From Deltaproteobacteria bacterium (lineage in GTDB: Bacteria > Desulfobacterota > Desulfarculia > JACQYL01), in NCBI GenBank assembly GCA_016208165.1, contig JACQYL010000053.1, forward strand, positions 21,447 to 85,446: DNA of 64,000 nucleotides, in the 5' to 3' direction. The notes under the pieces are model-generated. The model saw only the letters and a list, made by a program, of their open reading frames with translations. It made no database searches and was not told where the DNA came from. The first letter of the stretch is position 1. The number at the start of each line of letters is the position of its first letter. The translations under genes and the position numbers were made by a program. This document shows positions 1-10,485 of this stretch, in pieces.

Positions 1-98
1 CAACGATGACAATATCGATCTGGTTGAGCGAATCAATGCAGGTAATCATCTTTTCGCCTCAATTTGAGCTGCTCCGGCGAAACACAGGCTGAAGCAAC

Positions 99-1274
99 TC
101 AGGCGTCCGAGTTTCGTTTCGCCGTCGCCGTGACTTCCGCATACACATCAATAACCGGAATGCCCAGTTGCCTCGCCAAGGCTGCACAGGACTCGTATTC
201 GGGATAATGTCGAACTTTTCCGTCCGGCATTTCCACCGTCTTGACGACAACCGAACCCAACTCGGTTTCCAGAACACCTGCTTTTCGGGGCAACGTCTCA
301 CGTTGAACCCGATAATACCGGACACCGATGGTGGTGGTTTCATTAAACAACACACGCACCAGTCGATCTCGTTTTTCCATCGGCGCCAAAACATGAACCA
401 TCAGACCCGGCCGGCATTTCTTCATTTGAACGGGCAGAAAACCCACGTCAAGAGCCCCCTCGTTCAAGAGGCGCTCCATGAGATAGCCCGCCCATTCCGG
501 GGTCAGGTCGTCAATGTTGGTTTCGATGGCTACGACCGCTTCAGGGCGAGTATTCCCGGTACCCAGAACAGCCCTGAGCACATTGGGTCGATCCGGCCAT
601 TCCCGCTTTCCGGCACCGTATCCGATGCGGGAAACCTTCATTTCCGGTAACGGGCCGAATTCCAGACAAACGACAGAAATGACGGCGGCGCCGGTGGGCG
701 TGACCGTTTCTCCCTCGAGTTCCACGCCGTAGACCGGCACGCCTTTCAGTATTTCCAGGGCGGCCGGTGCGGGAAGGGGGATAACCCCGTGCGCGCAGGA
801 GATACTTCCTCTTCCAAGGGGAAGGGGTGAACAGTAGGCCTTTTCGACCCCGAGAATATCCAGCGCCAGCATGATCCCGACGATATCCACAATGGAATCC
901 ACCGCGCCCACTTCGTGGAAGTGTACGGCTTCCACTGGTAAACCATGGATTCTGGATTCAGCCTCGGCGACCTTTCTGAACGCCTCGAGGGAGCGGCTCC
1001 GGACCCTCGAAGGAAGATCACTGCCTTCGATCATGCGGGTGATGTCCCCGAGACCGCGGTGGCTGTGACCGGCTTCGTGTAAAACTTCAAACCGCTGACC
1101 GCCGATTCCCATCCGGTCCGTGGTGGTCTGCTTCAAAGTATAGCGTCCGATTCCAAGGCCGGACAAAGCTGATTCAATCCGGCGCAAGTCCAGCCCAAGA
1201 TCCAGCAAGGAAGCCAGAATCATGTCCCCACTCAATCCGGCCGGGGCATCAAAATAAAGAATCGTGTTTCCCAT
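99..1274 (-). CDS. larC: LarC-like nickel insertion protein (DUF111/UPF0272 family; pyridinium-3,5-bisthiocarboxylate mononucleotide nickel chelatase-like)
   Basis: N-terminus MGNTILYFDAPAGLSGDMILASLLDLG matches the characteristic DUF111/LarC start (YFDCFSGISGDM...ALLDLG). Length 391 aa is typical. Confidence 0.75.
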   Translation of the reverse strand: MGNTILYFDAPAGLSGDMILASLLDLGLDLRRIESALSGLGIGRYTLKQTTTDRMGIGGQRFEVLHEAGHSHRGLGDITRMIEGSDLPSRVRSRSLEAFRKVAEAESRIHGLPVEAVHFHEVGAVDSIVDIVGIMLALDILGVEKAYCSPLPLGRGSISCAHGVIPLPAPAALEILKGVPVYGVELEGETVTPTGAAVISVVCLEFGPLPEMKVSRIGYGAGKREWPDRPNVLRAVLGTGNTRPEAVVAIETNIDDLTPEWAGYLMERLLNEGALDVGFLPVQMKKCRPGLMVHVLAPMEKRDRLVRVLFNETTTIGVRYYRVQRETLPRKAGVLETELGSVVVKTVEMPDGKVRHYPEYESCAALARQLGIPVIDVYAEVTATAKRNSDA

Positions 1275-1360
1275 AAGACCAAGACATTCTTGAGATTCGG
1301 CGAGCGTGATCGGCCCATCCTTTACACCGGGGCGATGCTCACCTCCCTGGCGGACGTTCG

Positions 1361-3766
1361 CTATTTCGGCGCCGGAGATGGGCTATCCAAGGCAACCTCG
1401 AGTATTTGATCCATGTGCGACACAGGAACAAATCGGACTTTTCTTCTGATATTCTCCGGAATCTCGATCAGATCTTTAACATTCTTTTCCGGAATGAGTA
1501 CCGTTTTTATACCGGCTCGATGCGCCGCCAACGCTTTCTCTTTGAGCCCGCCCACGGGTAAGACCTTTCCCCGAAGCGTAATCTCACCCGTCATCGCTAC
1601 CGAGCGTTTCACCGCCACCTTGGAAAGCGCTGAAATGACCGCCGTCGCCATGGTGACACCCGCGGACGGGCCATCTTTAGGAATCGCCCCTGCCGGCACA
1701 TGGATGTGAAAATCCATTTTCTCATGGAAATCGGGCACCGTGCGTAAAGTGTCGCTGCGGTTTCGCGCATAGCTTAACGCCGCCTGGGCCGATTCCTTCA
1801 TTACGTCGCCGAGTTGGCCTGTAAGGAGCAATTTCCCTTTGCCCTTCATGAGAGAGGCTTCCACGTACAGTACATCCCCGCCGCTTTCGGTCCAGGCCAG
1901 CCCTGTTGCTACTCCGACCTCGTCCACCTCCTGCTCCAATTCCGATAAGAACGTGGGAGGACCCAAATAGCGATGCAGGTTGCCGAGTGTGATGCGGAAA
2001 GGACCTTCTTGTCCTTCGGCTACTCGACGCGCCACCTTCCGGCATATCTTTCCAATTTCGCGCTCGAGGTTCCTCAGCCCCGCCTCGCGGGTGTAGCGGG
2101 AAATAACGCCTCGCAGAGCCTCTCGTCCGATGATGATCCGGCTTGTAGAAATCCCGTTGTCTTTGATTTGTCTGGGTAGTAAATAGTTGAAGGATATGGA
2201 GAGCTTCTCTTCTTCGGTATAACCGGAAAGGCGGATAATTTCCATCCGGTCCCTCAGCGGCGAAGGAATGGGATCCGACAGGTTCCCCGTGGTAATGAAC
2301 ATCACTTTGCTGAGGTCGAATGGAATGTTCAGATAATGGTCGCTGAATGTGCTGTTTTGTTCGGGGTCCAACACTTCGAGCAAAGCCGACGCCGGATCTC
2401 CCCGGAAATCCTGGCCGATTTTGTCCACCTCGTCTATAATAAACACGGGGTTATTCGAACCCGCCTGCTTGATCCCCTGTATGATTCGTCCGGGCAAAGA
2501 ACCGACATACGTACGCCTGTGCCCCCGGATTTCGGCTTCGTCACGCACTCCGCCGAGTGAAATGCGGCACATCTTTCGGCCCACTGCGCGTGCAATGGAC
2601 CTGCCCAGCGAAGTCTTTCCGGTACCCGGAGGTCCAATGAAACAGAGGATGGGGCCTTTCATGTTCGGGTTCAACTTGCGCACGCTCAGGTACTCGAGGA
2701 TTCGATCCTTGACCTTGCTCAGATTGTAATGATCTTCATCAAGGATCTCTTTGGCTCGTTTGAGATCCAGCAAATCCCGGGTGCTTTTTCTCCAAGGCAA
2801 TTCCACCATCCAGTCCAGGAAAGTACGGATGACCGAGGCCTCCGCGGTATCGGGATGCATCTGATCGAGCCTCTCGAGCTGTTTCAAAGCTTCCTTTTCC
2901 GCCGGTTTGGGCATGCGGGCGCGTTTGATTTTCTGCCGGTATTCCTTTGCCTCCTCGTTGCGATCGTCGAACTCTCCTAGCTCTTTTTGAATCGCCTTAA
3001 GTTGTTCGCGAAGGTAATAGTCCCGCTGCATCTTGCCGATCTCTTCCGTGGCTTCGGATTGGATCTTCGCCTGCATGGCGGACACTTCCAGTTCCTTGCC
3101 CAGATAACGCGTGACTTTCATCAGGCGTTTTACGGGATCGGTCATCTCCAGTATCCGTTGAGCGTCTTCTCCCTTAATGCGCAAATTGGACGCCACGAGA
3201 TCGGAGAGACGTCCGGGGTCCTCTATGCTGTTCAGAATGGATAAGACATCCGGATTCAGCATGCCTCTCAAAGACAGAATCTTTTCAGACTGTTCGCGAA
3301 CGGTCCGTACGAGGGCCTCGACTTCCGGCGTAAATTCGGCTAAAGGTATATCATGGATGGGTTCCACCGACACCTGATATAGGGGGTCATTCTGAACGTA
3401 GTCCAGTATGCGCGCCTTGGTGAGGCCCTGAACCAGCACCTTGAACCTGCCGTCCGGGATTCGAAGAACGCGCATGATCATGGCCACGGTGCCCACGGAA
3501 TAGATGTCACTGGGTTTAGGTTCTTCTATGGTGGGCTTCTTCTGTGCGGCCAGAAATACCAGACGATGTTTCCCGTAAGCCTCCTCCACTGCCCGGATGG
3601 ACCGCTCTCGGCCGACAAATAAGGGCAGAAGCATGTAGGAGAAAATGACCACGTCTCTGAGGGTCAGCAAAGGTAAGTGCTCCGGGAGATCTATGTTTTC
3701 CAGGGGCAAACCGTGTTCTGTTTGACTTCCTTGTCTCATTTCCGTCATAAAAAGATCGTATGCCAT
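1361..3766 (-). CDS. lon: ATP-dependent Lon protease (protease La)
   Basis: 801 aa. Lon N-domain ([26 protein letters not shown]), Walker [11 protein letters not shown]-terminal serine protease motif [17 protein letters not shown]. Confidence 0.95.
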   Translation of the reverse strand: MAYDLFMTEMRQGSQTEHGLPLENIDLPEHLPLLTLRDVVIFSYMLLPLFVGRERSIRAVEEAYGKHRLVFLAAQKKPTIEEPKPSDIYSVGTVAMIMRVLRIPDGRFKVLVQGLTKARILDYVQNDPLYQVSVEPIHDIPLAEFTPEVEALVRTVREQSEKILSLRGMLNPDVLSILNSIEDPGRLSDLVASNLRIKGEDAQRILEMTDPVKRLMKVTRYLGKELEVSAMQAKIQSEATEEIGKMQRDYYLREQLKAIQKELGEFDDRNEEAKEYRQKIKRARMPKPAEKEALKQLERLDQMHPDTAEASVIRTFLDWMVELPWRKSTRDLLDLKRAKEILDEDHYNLSKVKDRILEYLSVRKLNPNMKGPILCFIGPPGTGKTSLGRSIARAVGRKMCRISLGGVRDEAEIRGHRRTYVGSLPGRIIQGIKQAGSNNPVFIIDEVDKIGQDFRGDPASALLEVLDPEQNSTFSDHYLNIPFDLSKVMFITTGNLSDPIPSPLRDRMEIIRLSGYTEEEKLSISFNYLLPRQIKDNGISTSRIIIGREALRGVISRYTREAGLRNLEREIGKICRKVARRVAEGQEGPFRITLGNLHRYLGPPTFLSELEQEVDEVGVATGLAWTESGGDVLYVEASLMKGKGKLLLTGQLGDVMKESAQAALSYARNRSDTLRTVPDFHEKMDFHIHVPAGAIPKDGPSAGVTMATAVISALSKVAVKRSVAMTGEITLRGKVLPVGGLKEKALAAHRAGIKTVLIPEKNVKDLIEIPENIRRKVRFVPVSHMDQILEVALDSPSPAPK

Positions 3767-3824
3767 TCAACAGTGTTTAGTTATGGGTGGTAGTAACGGG
3801 GGTCATCTTAACAGAAAAAGAGGT

Positions 3825-4251
3825 GGAGTCAAGACGAGCCCAGGGGGACTTTGCCGGCCGAGCGAATAGACGTATACGGCAAACATTCCCGATGTGACTC
3901 AAGACGACCTCCCACGCCCCCGTAGGAAAGGTCATTTCCGCCTGCAGACATTCCAATACAACGCCGGAACGATTCGTGTGTCGGATTACGGCTCCTTCAA
4001 CCACGGGACACGGCGGATCGAGACCTTTTCTTGTTGACCACCGGTATTCGAGAACCCAATGCTTAATGTGACTTTGAGTCGGGTCTTTTTCTAATGGGTT
4101 TGAAACGAAGCGCCGATCACGCCACATAGAACGCGGTTTTCGATCTCATAACCTCGGTGAACCGTGGCCCGTCGAGCTTCCCGGTGCACCACCACCCCCG
4201 GTAACCCTTACGTCTCGGCTCCCCCGCCCCCTTCAAGGAGTCGAGACGAGC
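3825..4251. repeat. Pair of 15-bp direct repeats (GGAGTCAAGACGAGC at 3825-3839; GGAGTCGAGACGAGC at 4237-4251; 14/15 identical) bracketing about 400 bp of non-coding DNA. A degenerate third copy (GACTCAAGACGA) lies near 3896-3907
   Basis: Read directly from the sequence. The second copy overlaps the RBS (AAGGAG) and ends 4 nt before the ATG of the downstream gene at 4256. Confidence 0.6.
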
Positions 4252-4255
4252 AAAG

Positions 4256-6154
4256 ATGCCAATGGACATTCGTAATTCACATATTCTTCTCGTTTTCCCC
4301 ACCCGTGCGGAGATCAACAGGCTCTCGAAGTGGCTTGATGAACTGGGTTTCAAATACGTCCACGCCGCGCAGAATTTCTCCGCGGCCTGGGAGATTTTGA
4401 CTACTTCGAAATGCGACCTCATTGTTTCCGAACGCGATTTGTCCGATGTGGACGGCATGGATTTCTTGAGGAAAATAAACGCGGATTCCACTCTCTTTCT
4501 CATCCCGTTCATACTGGTTACCTCCGAGAATCGGAAAAACAAAATCATGGAGGCCGTATATGAAGGTGCGAGCGGATATGTGCTAAGACCCTACTCCTTC
4601 AAGACGCTCCAAGGAAGAATGCTGGACCTGTTGAAGGCCAAAGGCGCTTTCCTGGGCAAGATGAAGCAGGTGGAAGAAGGCGATCAGCTCACGATCCAGG
4701 GCAAATACGATGAAGCTATTGAAGCCTACAAGCACGCCATTGCCGACGCCGAAGACGAGGAACAGTTCTACCAGAAAGGCTACCGCTTTATGGCGGAAGG
4801 GCGGTACGAGGATGCCATTTCCGCCTTCCGAAAGGCGATTGAAATAAATCACCTGTTCGCAGAAGCCTACCGCGGGCTCGGCGAAGTGTACATGAAAAAG
4901 GGCAATATCGATGAAGCGGAGGAATATCTCATCAAGGCCGGAAAATTGTTTATTGAAAAGAGCCAGTTCAACGAAGCCCGGCAATCCATCCTGTTGGCGC
5001 TAAAAGTCAACCCCAACAGCGCGAATCCATACAATACTCTGGGGATCGTTTACCGTAAATCCGGGGATTTCCACAAATCTATTCAAAGCTATCGGTTGGC
5101 CCTTCGGATCGATCCCTTCGATGCAGCGGTCCACTACAACCTGGCGCGTGCTTGCACGTCAGCCAAACGGTACCGCGAGGCCCTGGACGCCATCGAGAAA
5201 GCACTCGAGTTGAGGCCTGATTTCCAGGAAGCCATCGAGTTGAAAGATTTCCTGCTGCGGTCAACCTCGGCGGCCGAACCCGAACCACCAGAAGCGATCC
5301 TCAACAAATATCTTCCCATCAGCCAGGAAACGAGAGGGCCACGCACGAATATCGTTGCGTCGGACCGCGAGATGGGACGCAAAGTCGAAATCGTACGTTA
5401 TGCTCTTCCAAAAGCCGACGAACGGCTCATTGACAGACGCCTGCTCGATGAAACCTGGGACCGCGTGATCAAGACGGCGCGTTTGAGCCATCCATCAGCC
5501 ATACTGATTTTCGATGTCCATCGAGAAGAAAAGGAGTTTTACCTGGTTCAGGAATACCTGAATGGGGAAAGCCTGGTCGGTTTCTCCAAGCGTGGAAAAG
5601 AGGTGCCTTTCCGGTTGGGACTGGAAATCGGGCTTCGCGTGTCCAATGTATTGGGTTACATGCACAAGGAAGACATCTTGCATTTGGCGTTGGACCCCGG
5701 CAACATCCATATTACCCGGGAGCGCGATGTGAAAGTGTCCGGTTTCTCGCTCTATCAATTCGAAACCGTGTTGACCTCTCAAAGCGGGGAAACCTCTCAA
5801 AAGGGAAATCAGTATCTGGCGCCGGAACACTTTTCCGGAGAGCAGCCCCTCTCCCCGGCTACGGATGTATTCTGCTTGGGCGTCATATTGTATGAGTTGG
5901 TCACCCGATCTCATCCGTTCAAGGGCGCGTCTCCCTCTTCCACCATGTACAATATCTGTTTCAACGAGCCGGAACCCTTCAAGCACGTGATCGATCCCTT
6001 CGAACGGGTGATGCAGGCCGTCTTCAAGAAGGCCTTGGCCAAGGACCCGAGCCGGCGCTACGCCGACGGAAAGGAAATGGAAAGAGCGCTGGTCGACACC
6101 GTAAGCGTACTTGACAGGAATTGGAAAAGGGAGCCAAGCTATCTGAAGAAGTAA
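4256..6154 (+). CDS. Atypical receiver domain / TPR repeats / protein-kinase-like (predicted pseudokinase) signalling protein
   Basis: 632 aa. N-terminal CheY-like fold lacks the acidic DD pair and has Glu at the phospho-acceptor position (CDLIVSERDLSDVDGMDF). The middle has TPR repeats (YRGLGEVYMKKGNIDEAEEYL, NPYNTLGIVYRKSGDFHKSIQSYRLALRIDP). The C-terminal Ser/Thr-kinase fold retains the APE motif (YLAPEHF) and the DxWSLG-like motif (DVFCLGVILYELVT). It has HLALDPGN instead of HRDLKPEN, SGFS instead of DFG, and no GxGxxG loop. Confidence 0.7.
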   Translation: MPMDIRNSHILLVFPTRAEINRLSKWLDELGFKYVHAAQNFSAAWEILTTSKCDLIVSERDLSDVDGMDFLRKINADSTLFLIPFILVTSENRKNKIMEAVYEGASGYVLRPYSFKTLQGRMLDLLKAKGAFLGKMKQVEEGDQLTIQGKYDEAIEAYKHAIADAEDEEQFYQKGYRFMAEGRYEDAISAFRKAIEINHLFAEAYRGLGEVYMKKGNIDEAEEYLIKAGKLFIEKSQFNEARQSILLALKVNPNSANPYNTLGIVYRKSGDFHKSIQSYRLALRIDPFDAAVHYNLARACTSAKRYREALDAIEKALELRPDFQEAIELKDFLLRSTSAAEPEPPEAILNKYLPISQETRGPRTNIVASDREMGRKVEIVRYALPKADERLIDRRLLDETWDRVIKTARLSHPSAILIFDVHREEKEFYLVQEYLNGESLVGFSKRGKEVPFRLGLEIGLRVSNVLGYMHKEDILHLALDPGNIHITRERDVKVSGFSLYQFETVLTSQSGETSQKGNQYLAPEHFSGEQPLSPATDVFCLGVILYELVTRSHPFKGASPSSTMYNICFNEPEPFKHVIDPFERVMQAVFKKALAKDPSRRYADGKEMERALVDTVSVLDRNWKREPSYLKK

Positions 6155-6373
6155 TCGATCGGCAAAGCCCCCTGCATTCGTCCGGAACTTGGAAGGAACT
6201 GTCGGTTTTCAGGGCTTGCGTAAACGACGACACGCATGCTCGGGATCGAATCGAGAAAGACCGGGGCTTCCGGGTTCGGTCGAAGGAATCGACGGTTCGG
6301 GCCGCCGAAAGTTCGACTCGATCCTGCGGGCGAGTAGTCTGAACCAGGCCCTCAACATAGGAGTAAGCGAAAA

Positions 6374-7900
6374 GTGACTTCCGGAAAAGCCGGCATCGAC
6401 GGCAGTCAGGACTATGCAACCAGGCACGATACCTGTTCTTTCAACCATCTGGGGAAAACCGGACTGCGTGTCAGCGCGGTAGGTTTTGGCTGCTACCGGG
6501 TGGATCGAACCGTCGATGCCCACTATCAGGCCCTCAGTAAGGCGCTTTCAAAGGGCGTCAATCTGATCGACACCAGCACCAACTACGCTGACGGAGGCTC
6601 CGAGTTGCTCGTCGGAGCCGTGATTCGAGACCTAGCGGGTGCGGGCGGGATTTCCCGAGATTCAGTAGTGGTGGTCTCCAAAGCAGGCTACCTGCAAGGC
6701 AAGAATTATGACCTTAGTCAGGAGCGGAAAAGCCGGGGGAAACCGTTTCCGGACGTGGTGAGCGTTATGCCTAACCTCGAGCATTGTATTCATCCCGAGT
6801 TTCTCGAGGATCAGCTCACCCGCAGCTTGGAGCGTCTGGATTTGCAGACCCTGGACGTGTTTCTGTTACACAATCCGGAATATTTTCTCACCCGCGCCAT
6901 GGAAGCCGGAGAGTCCCTCTTGGACGCGCGGAATGAATACTACCGGCGAATAGAACTTGCCTTCAACCATCTCGAATCCGAAGTAGAACGCGGCCGCATC
7001 CAGTACTATGGTATCAGCTCGAATACGTTCCCTCATTCCGGCGACCATCCCGAATGCACTTGCCTCGAAACGGTATGGAATATCGCTCAAACCTTAGGCG
7101 AAGATAACCACTTCCAGGTCGTGGAAATGCCTCTGAATCTACTCGAGCCCAATGCGGTTCTCGGCAGGAACCAACCCAATGGCCAGAGCGTGCTCGAGTT
7201 CGCTCGGGACAAGCAACTGGGTGTATTGATCAATCGCCCTTTGAACGCCATTGTTGATCATAAGCTCCTTCGACTGGCGGATGTGGAGCCGACGGTATCC
7301 GCCGGCGAAGTCGTGGTGAACGCGCGAATCCGAGACCTGATCGCGTCGGAGGATCTGTTGAAACAGGAACTCTTTCCAAACCTGAATCTAAAATCTTCCC
7401 TTCAGAAGCAACTCGAGGATGCCGTCTCCGTGGGGTACAACCTGAAACGCCACTGGAAACAGTATGGAAGCTATCTGCGGTGGCTGGATGTACAGACTCA
7501 GTTCTTGATCCCCAAAGTGCAGGGCGTGGTTCAGTTCTTAGCGCAACAGGACCTGTCGGACGAGATGATCCGCAGGGTGGAAGCCCACGTCCGAAGTGTG
7601 CAGGAAAGCTTTTTCGCAGTGACAAGCGTCTACCAGGCCGAAGCATCCAAACAGGCCGGCTTCGCCAAGAAATGGGTCGCGGCGGCGGATAGAGACTGGG
7701 GATCCCCGAAAACACTGAGCCAAATGGCCATCAGGGCGATTCGATCCACTCCGGGTATTACAACGGTGCTGGTGGGCATGAGGCAGGATTCTTACGTCGA
7801 AGATGCGCTTGAAGAATGCCGACGCCCCGTGGATCAGGAATCGGACAGAGCGGGCTCCTGGAGGAAGCTCACCGAAACGATTCCGGACTTCTGGCGGTGA
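6374..7900 (+). CDS. Aldo/keto reductase family oxidoreductase with a long C-terminal extension
   Basis: LGKTGLRVSAVGFGCYRV...LIDTSTNYADGGSELLVG are typical AKR N-terminal motifs. 508 aa is longer than a canonical AKR. Confidence 0.75.
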   Translation: MTSGKAGIDGSQDYATRHDTCSFNHLGKTGLRVSAVGFGCYRVDRTVDAHYQALSKALSKGVNLIDTSTNYADGGSELLVGAVIRDLAGAGGISRDSVVVVSKAGYLQGKNYDLSQERKSRGKPFPDVVSVMPNLEHCIHPEFLEDQLTRSLERLDLQTLDVFLLHNPEYFLTRAMEAGESLLDARNEYYRRIELAFNHLESEVERGRIQYYGISSNTFPHSGDHPECTCLETVWNIAQTLGEDNHFQVVEMPLNLLEPNAVLGRNQPNGQSVLEFARDKQLGVLINRPLNAIVDHKLLRLADVEPTVSAGEVVVNARIRDLIASEDLLKQELFPNLNLKSSLQKQLEDAVSVGYNLKRHWKQYGSYLRWLDVQTQFLIPKVQGVVQFLAQQDLSDEMIRRVEAHVRSVQESFFAVTSVYQAEASKQAGFAKKWVAAADRDWGSPKTLSQMAIRAIRSTPGITTVLVGMRQDSYVEDALEECRRPVDQESDRAGSWRKLTETIPDFWR

Positions 7901-8164
7901 TTCGGAATATACCGTACTCCTCCGGGGCATCCGGTTTCTTAAAACGAAATCGGCCGGTCGAAACAGCCCGGTGAACGAATAGGTGTTCACCCATCTTCAT
8001 TCATGCGGCGATCCCAAGCACAGGGTCGCCGCATGCGTCCAAGCCTCCTGATGGAAGTGAAGTCGAATTCCGCAACGGGCGTGACTTTAGACTGACTCCC
8101 GTTCGGGAGAATTGGAGTTCGATGCACGTTCGGCGTCATACCATAACGGATATCATCATCTGCC

Positions 8165-9379
8165 ATGAACCCCTATGAGCCATATCTCGCCTGGATCGAT
8201 TCCCAACTCGACTCCATGCGCCGGCTCGTAATGGTTTGGGCGGGCACGAACTCGGCCGGCGGTAATCAGGCGGGCCTGCTTGAAATGTGTGGGCTGTTGA
8301 AGAAGGCTTTCCAGGTACTGAATGCAGATATCGAGGAAGTGGCGCTGCCGAGCTATGCGTCCATAGACGACAGAGGAAACGCCACGGAAAAGGCTCTTGG
8401 CAGAGCGCTGGTCATAAAAATGCGCTCGGAAGCTCATTTAAGGGTATTTCTTTCGATCCACATGGACACGGTGTTCGGACCGGAGGATTCCGTTGGAACC
8501 CCGACCCAGCTCGGTGAGAAGCGGCTTCAAGGGCCCGGAGTTGCGGATGCCAAAGGCGGACTCGCCGTTGTGCTCAAGGCGTTGGAAGCCTTCGAGCGCA
8601 GCCCCTTCGCCGACCGTGTCGGATGGGAGTTGTTGATCAATCCGGACGAAGAGATCGGCTCACCCGGATCCGCTTCGATTCTGGCCGAAGCCGCGGCCAG
8701 GCACCAATTCGGACTGGTGTTCGAGCCGGCGCTGCCCGACGGCGCCCTTGTGGCGGCCCGCAAAGGGTCCGGCAATTTCGTGGCCACGTTCCACGGCAAG
8801 GCGGCGCACGCCGGAAGGGAACCCCATAAGGGCCGAAGCGCCATTAACGCCATGGCCCGGTTCATCCTGGACTTGAACTCGATACAGGAAGAAAGTCCGG
8901 GCATCACCGTCAACGTGGGGCGGGTCTCCGGAGGCGGAGCCCTAAACGTGGTCCCGGACCTGGCTCAGTGCCGGTTCAATATTCGCATCCCGACACCCGA
9001 GGACCAGGCGGGTGTTTTGGGACGGCTCGAGCATCTTGTCGCACAGGTGAACAGGCGTGAAGGTCTCTCCGTGGAACTTCGAGGCGCCTTTACCCGACCG
9101 GCCAAACCCCTCGACTACAGAACGGAACACCTTCTTAATCTGATTTCGAAATGCGGGAACGAATTGGGTCTGTCCCTGGACTGGCGCTCCAGCGGAGGCG
9201 TCTGCGACGGGAACAACCTATCGGCGGCGGGATTGCCCACGGTGGATAGTATGGGAGTTCGAGGGGACCATCTCCACAGCCCGCATGAAGTCCTATATCT
9301 GGACAGCCTGACGGAAAGGGCTAAGCTCACCGCATTGCTGCTGATGAAACTGGGATCCGGAGAGATCGAAGCTCCCTGA
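8165..9379 (+). CDS. M20-family metallohydrolase (CPG2/ArgE/DapE-like), candidate N-succinyl-amino-acid desuccinylase of the AST pathway
   Basis: M20 motifs HMDTV and GVADAKGG, with a dimerisation-domain pattern. Located immediately upstream of astA-astD-astB. Confidence 0.75.
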   Translation: MNPYEPYLAWIDSQLDSMRRLVMVWAGTNSAGGNQAGLLEMCGLLKKAFQVLNADIEEVALPSYASIDDRGNATEKALGRALVIKMRSEAHLRVFLSIHMDTVFGPEDSVGTPTQLGEKRLQGPGVADAKGGLAVVLKALEAFERSPFADRVGWELLINPDEEIGSPGSASILAEAAARHQFGLVFEPALPDGALVAARKGSGNFVATFHGKAAHAGREPHKGRSAINAMARFILDLNSIQEESPGITVNVGRVSGGGALNVVPDLAQCRFNIRIPTPEDQAGVLGRLEHLVAQVNRREGLSVELRGAFTRPAKPLDYRTEHLLNLISKCGNELGLSLDWRSSGGVCDGNNLSAAGLPTVDSMGVRGDHLHSPHEVLYLDSLTERAKLTALLLMKLGSGEIEAP

Positions 9380-9442
9380 CCCCTTGAGTCCATCTTTTCC
9401 AAACAGCAACCACCCTGATCGGGATGCCCCGAGGAGCGCTGC

Positions 9443-10471
9443 ATGGTCTTCGTTCGGCCGGTTTCAATAAATGATCTGGATACACTGGTCCGCCTCGCGG
9501 GCAAAGCGGGCTACGGCCTGACATCACTGCCCGCCGACCGGGAACTCCTCAGAAAACGCATTGCCAAGTCGGAACTAAGCTTCGCGTCCCTGGCGGAAGA
9601 ACCCGGCGGAGAAACCTATACGTTAGTGATGGAGGACCGCAGTACCGGGGAAGTGATCGGCACCGGCAGCATCGTGTCCAAAGTAGGTGGGTTTGAGCCT
9701 TTCTATGCGTACAAGCTCACTGTGGATGTCCACGAGTCAAAGGCCTTGAACGTGCATCGCGAGATTCCGATGCTCGAACTTGTGACCCAGCACAGCGGCC
9801 CCTGCGAAATAGGCGGACTCTTCATGGATCCAGAGCGTCGGGGTCACGGTAACGGCAGGCTCATGTCACTTTGTCGTTTTTTGTTCATGGCTGAACACGG
9901 AAACATGTTCGAACCACTGGTCACGGCTGAAATGCGAGGCGTTGTGGACGCGTCGGGGCGGTCTCCTTTTTGGGAAGCACTCGGAAAACTGTTTTTCGGA
10001 ATCGAGTATCCCCGAGCCGACTACTTGAGCATGAAAGACAAGAAATTCATCGGTGAGCTTATGCCGAGACATCCGATTTATGTTCCTCTTCTTCCCGCCG
10101 AGGCTCAGAAAGTGATCGGCCAGGTGCACGAGAACACTCGTCCGGCCATGAAGCTGCTGCTCGATGAAGGATTTTCGGACAGCGGAATGGTGGATATTTT
10201 TGACGCCGGCCCCATCCTCACCTGCGCTTTGGATCAAGTCCGGACCATAAGACAAAGCGTTAGAACCCATGTGGAGTCTGTTGTGTCCGACCTCGATAAC
10301 GCTTCAACGTTCATGATATCAAATACGGCCTTTGATTTCCGGGCTTGCAACGGGCCAGCTGAACGAGCGCCCGGTGGAGGGGTGCGCATCACGGAGTCTT
10401 CGGCCTGCGTGCTTCGTGTAAAGTCCGGCGATCGGGTGCTGCTGGCGACCCCGAGATCGGATCAGCATTGA
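9443..10471 (+). CDS. astA: Arginine N-succinyltransferase
   Basis: Collinear similarity to E. coli AstA across the whole length (RPV...DL..L..LA...G.GLTSLPA, LCRFLFMAE, AEMRGV.D..G.SPFW, ELMP.HPIY, QVH..T.PA, DIFD.GP.L.C). Confidence 0.9.
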   Translation: MVFVRPVSINDLDTLVRLAGKAGYGLTSLPADRELLRKRIAKSELSFASLAEEPGGETYTLVMEDRSTGEVIGTGSIVSKVGGFEPFYAYKLTVDVHESKALNVHREIPMLELVTQHSGPCEIGGLFMDPERRGHGNGRLMSLCRFLFMAEHGNMFEPLVTAEMRGVVDASGRSPFWEALGKLFFGIEYPRADYLSMKDKKFIGELMPRHPIYVPLLPAEAQKVIGQVHENTRPAMKLLLDEGFSDSGMVDIFDAGPILTCALDQVRTIRQSVRTHVESVVSDLDNASTFMISNTAFDFRACNGPAERAPGGGVRITESSACVLRVKSGDRVLLATPRSDQH

Positions 10472-10485
10472 TAGGAACTCTCGCC

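Noticed and set aside
3770-4250. Possible RNase P RNA or tmRNA in the 490-bp gap (a GGCAAAGTCC...GGGCTC string on the minus strand vaguely recalls the RNase P P4 region)
   Set aside because: I could not find the other universally conserved RNase P elements (e.g. ACAGAAACCCGGCTTA-like) or the tmRNA tag reading frame and 3' CCA-acceptor structure. The similarity is too short to call. An Rfam scan would settle it.
3777-4548. Two minus-strand ORFs (116 and 143 aa) in the intergenic region between lon and the pseudokinase gene
   Set aside because: No start-site context and no motifs. The second one overlaps the well-supported plus-strand gene start. The region is more plausibly regulatory or repeat DNA (see finding).
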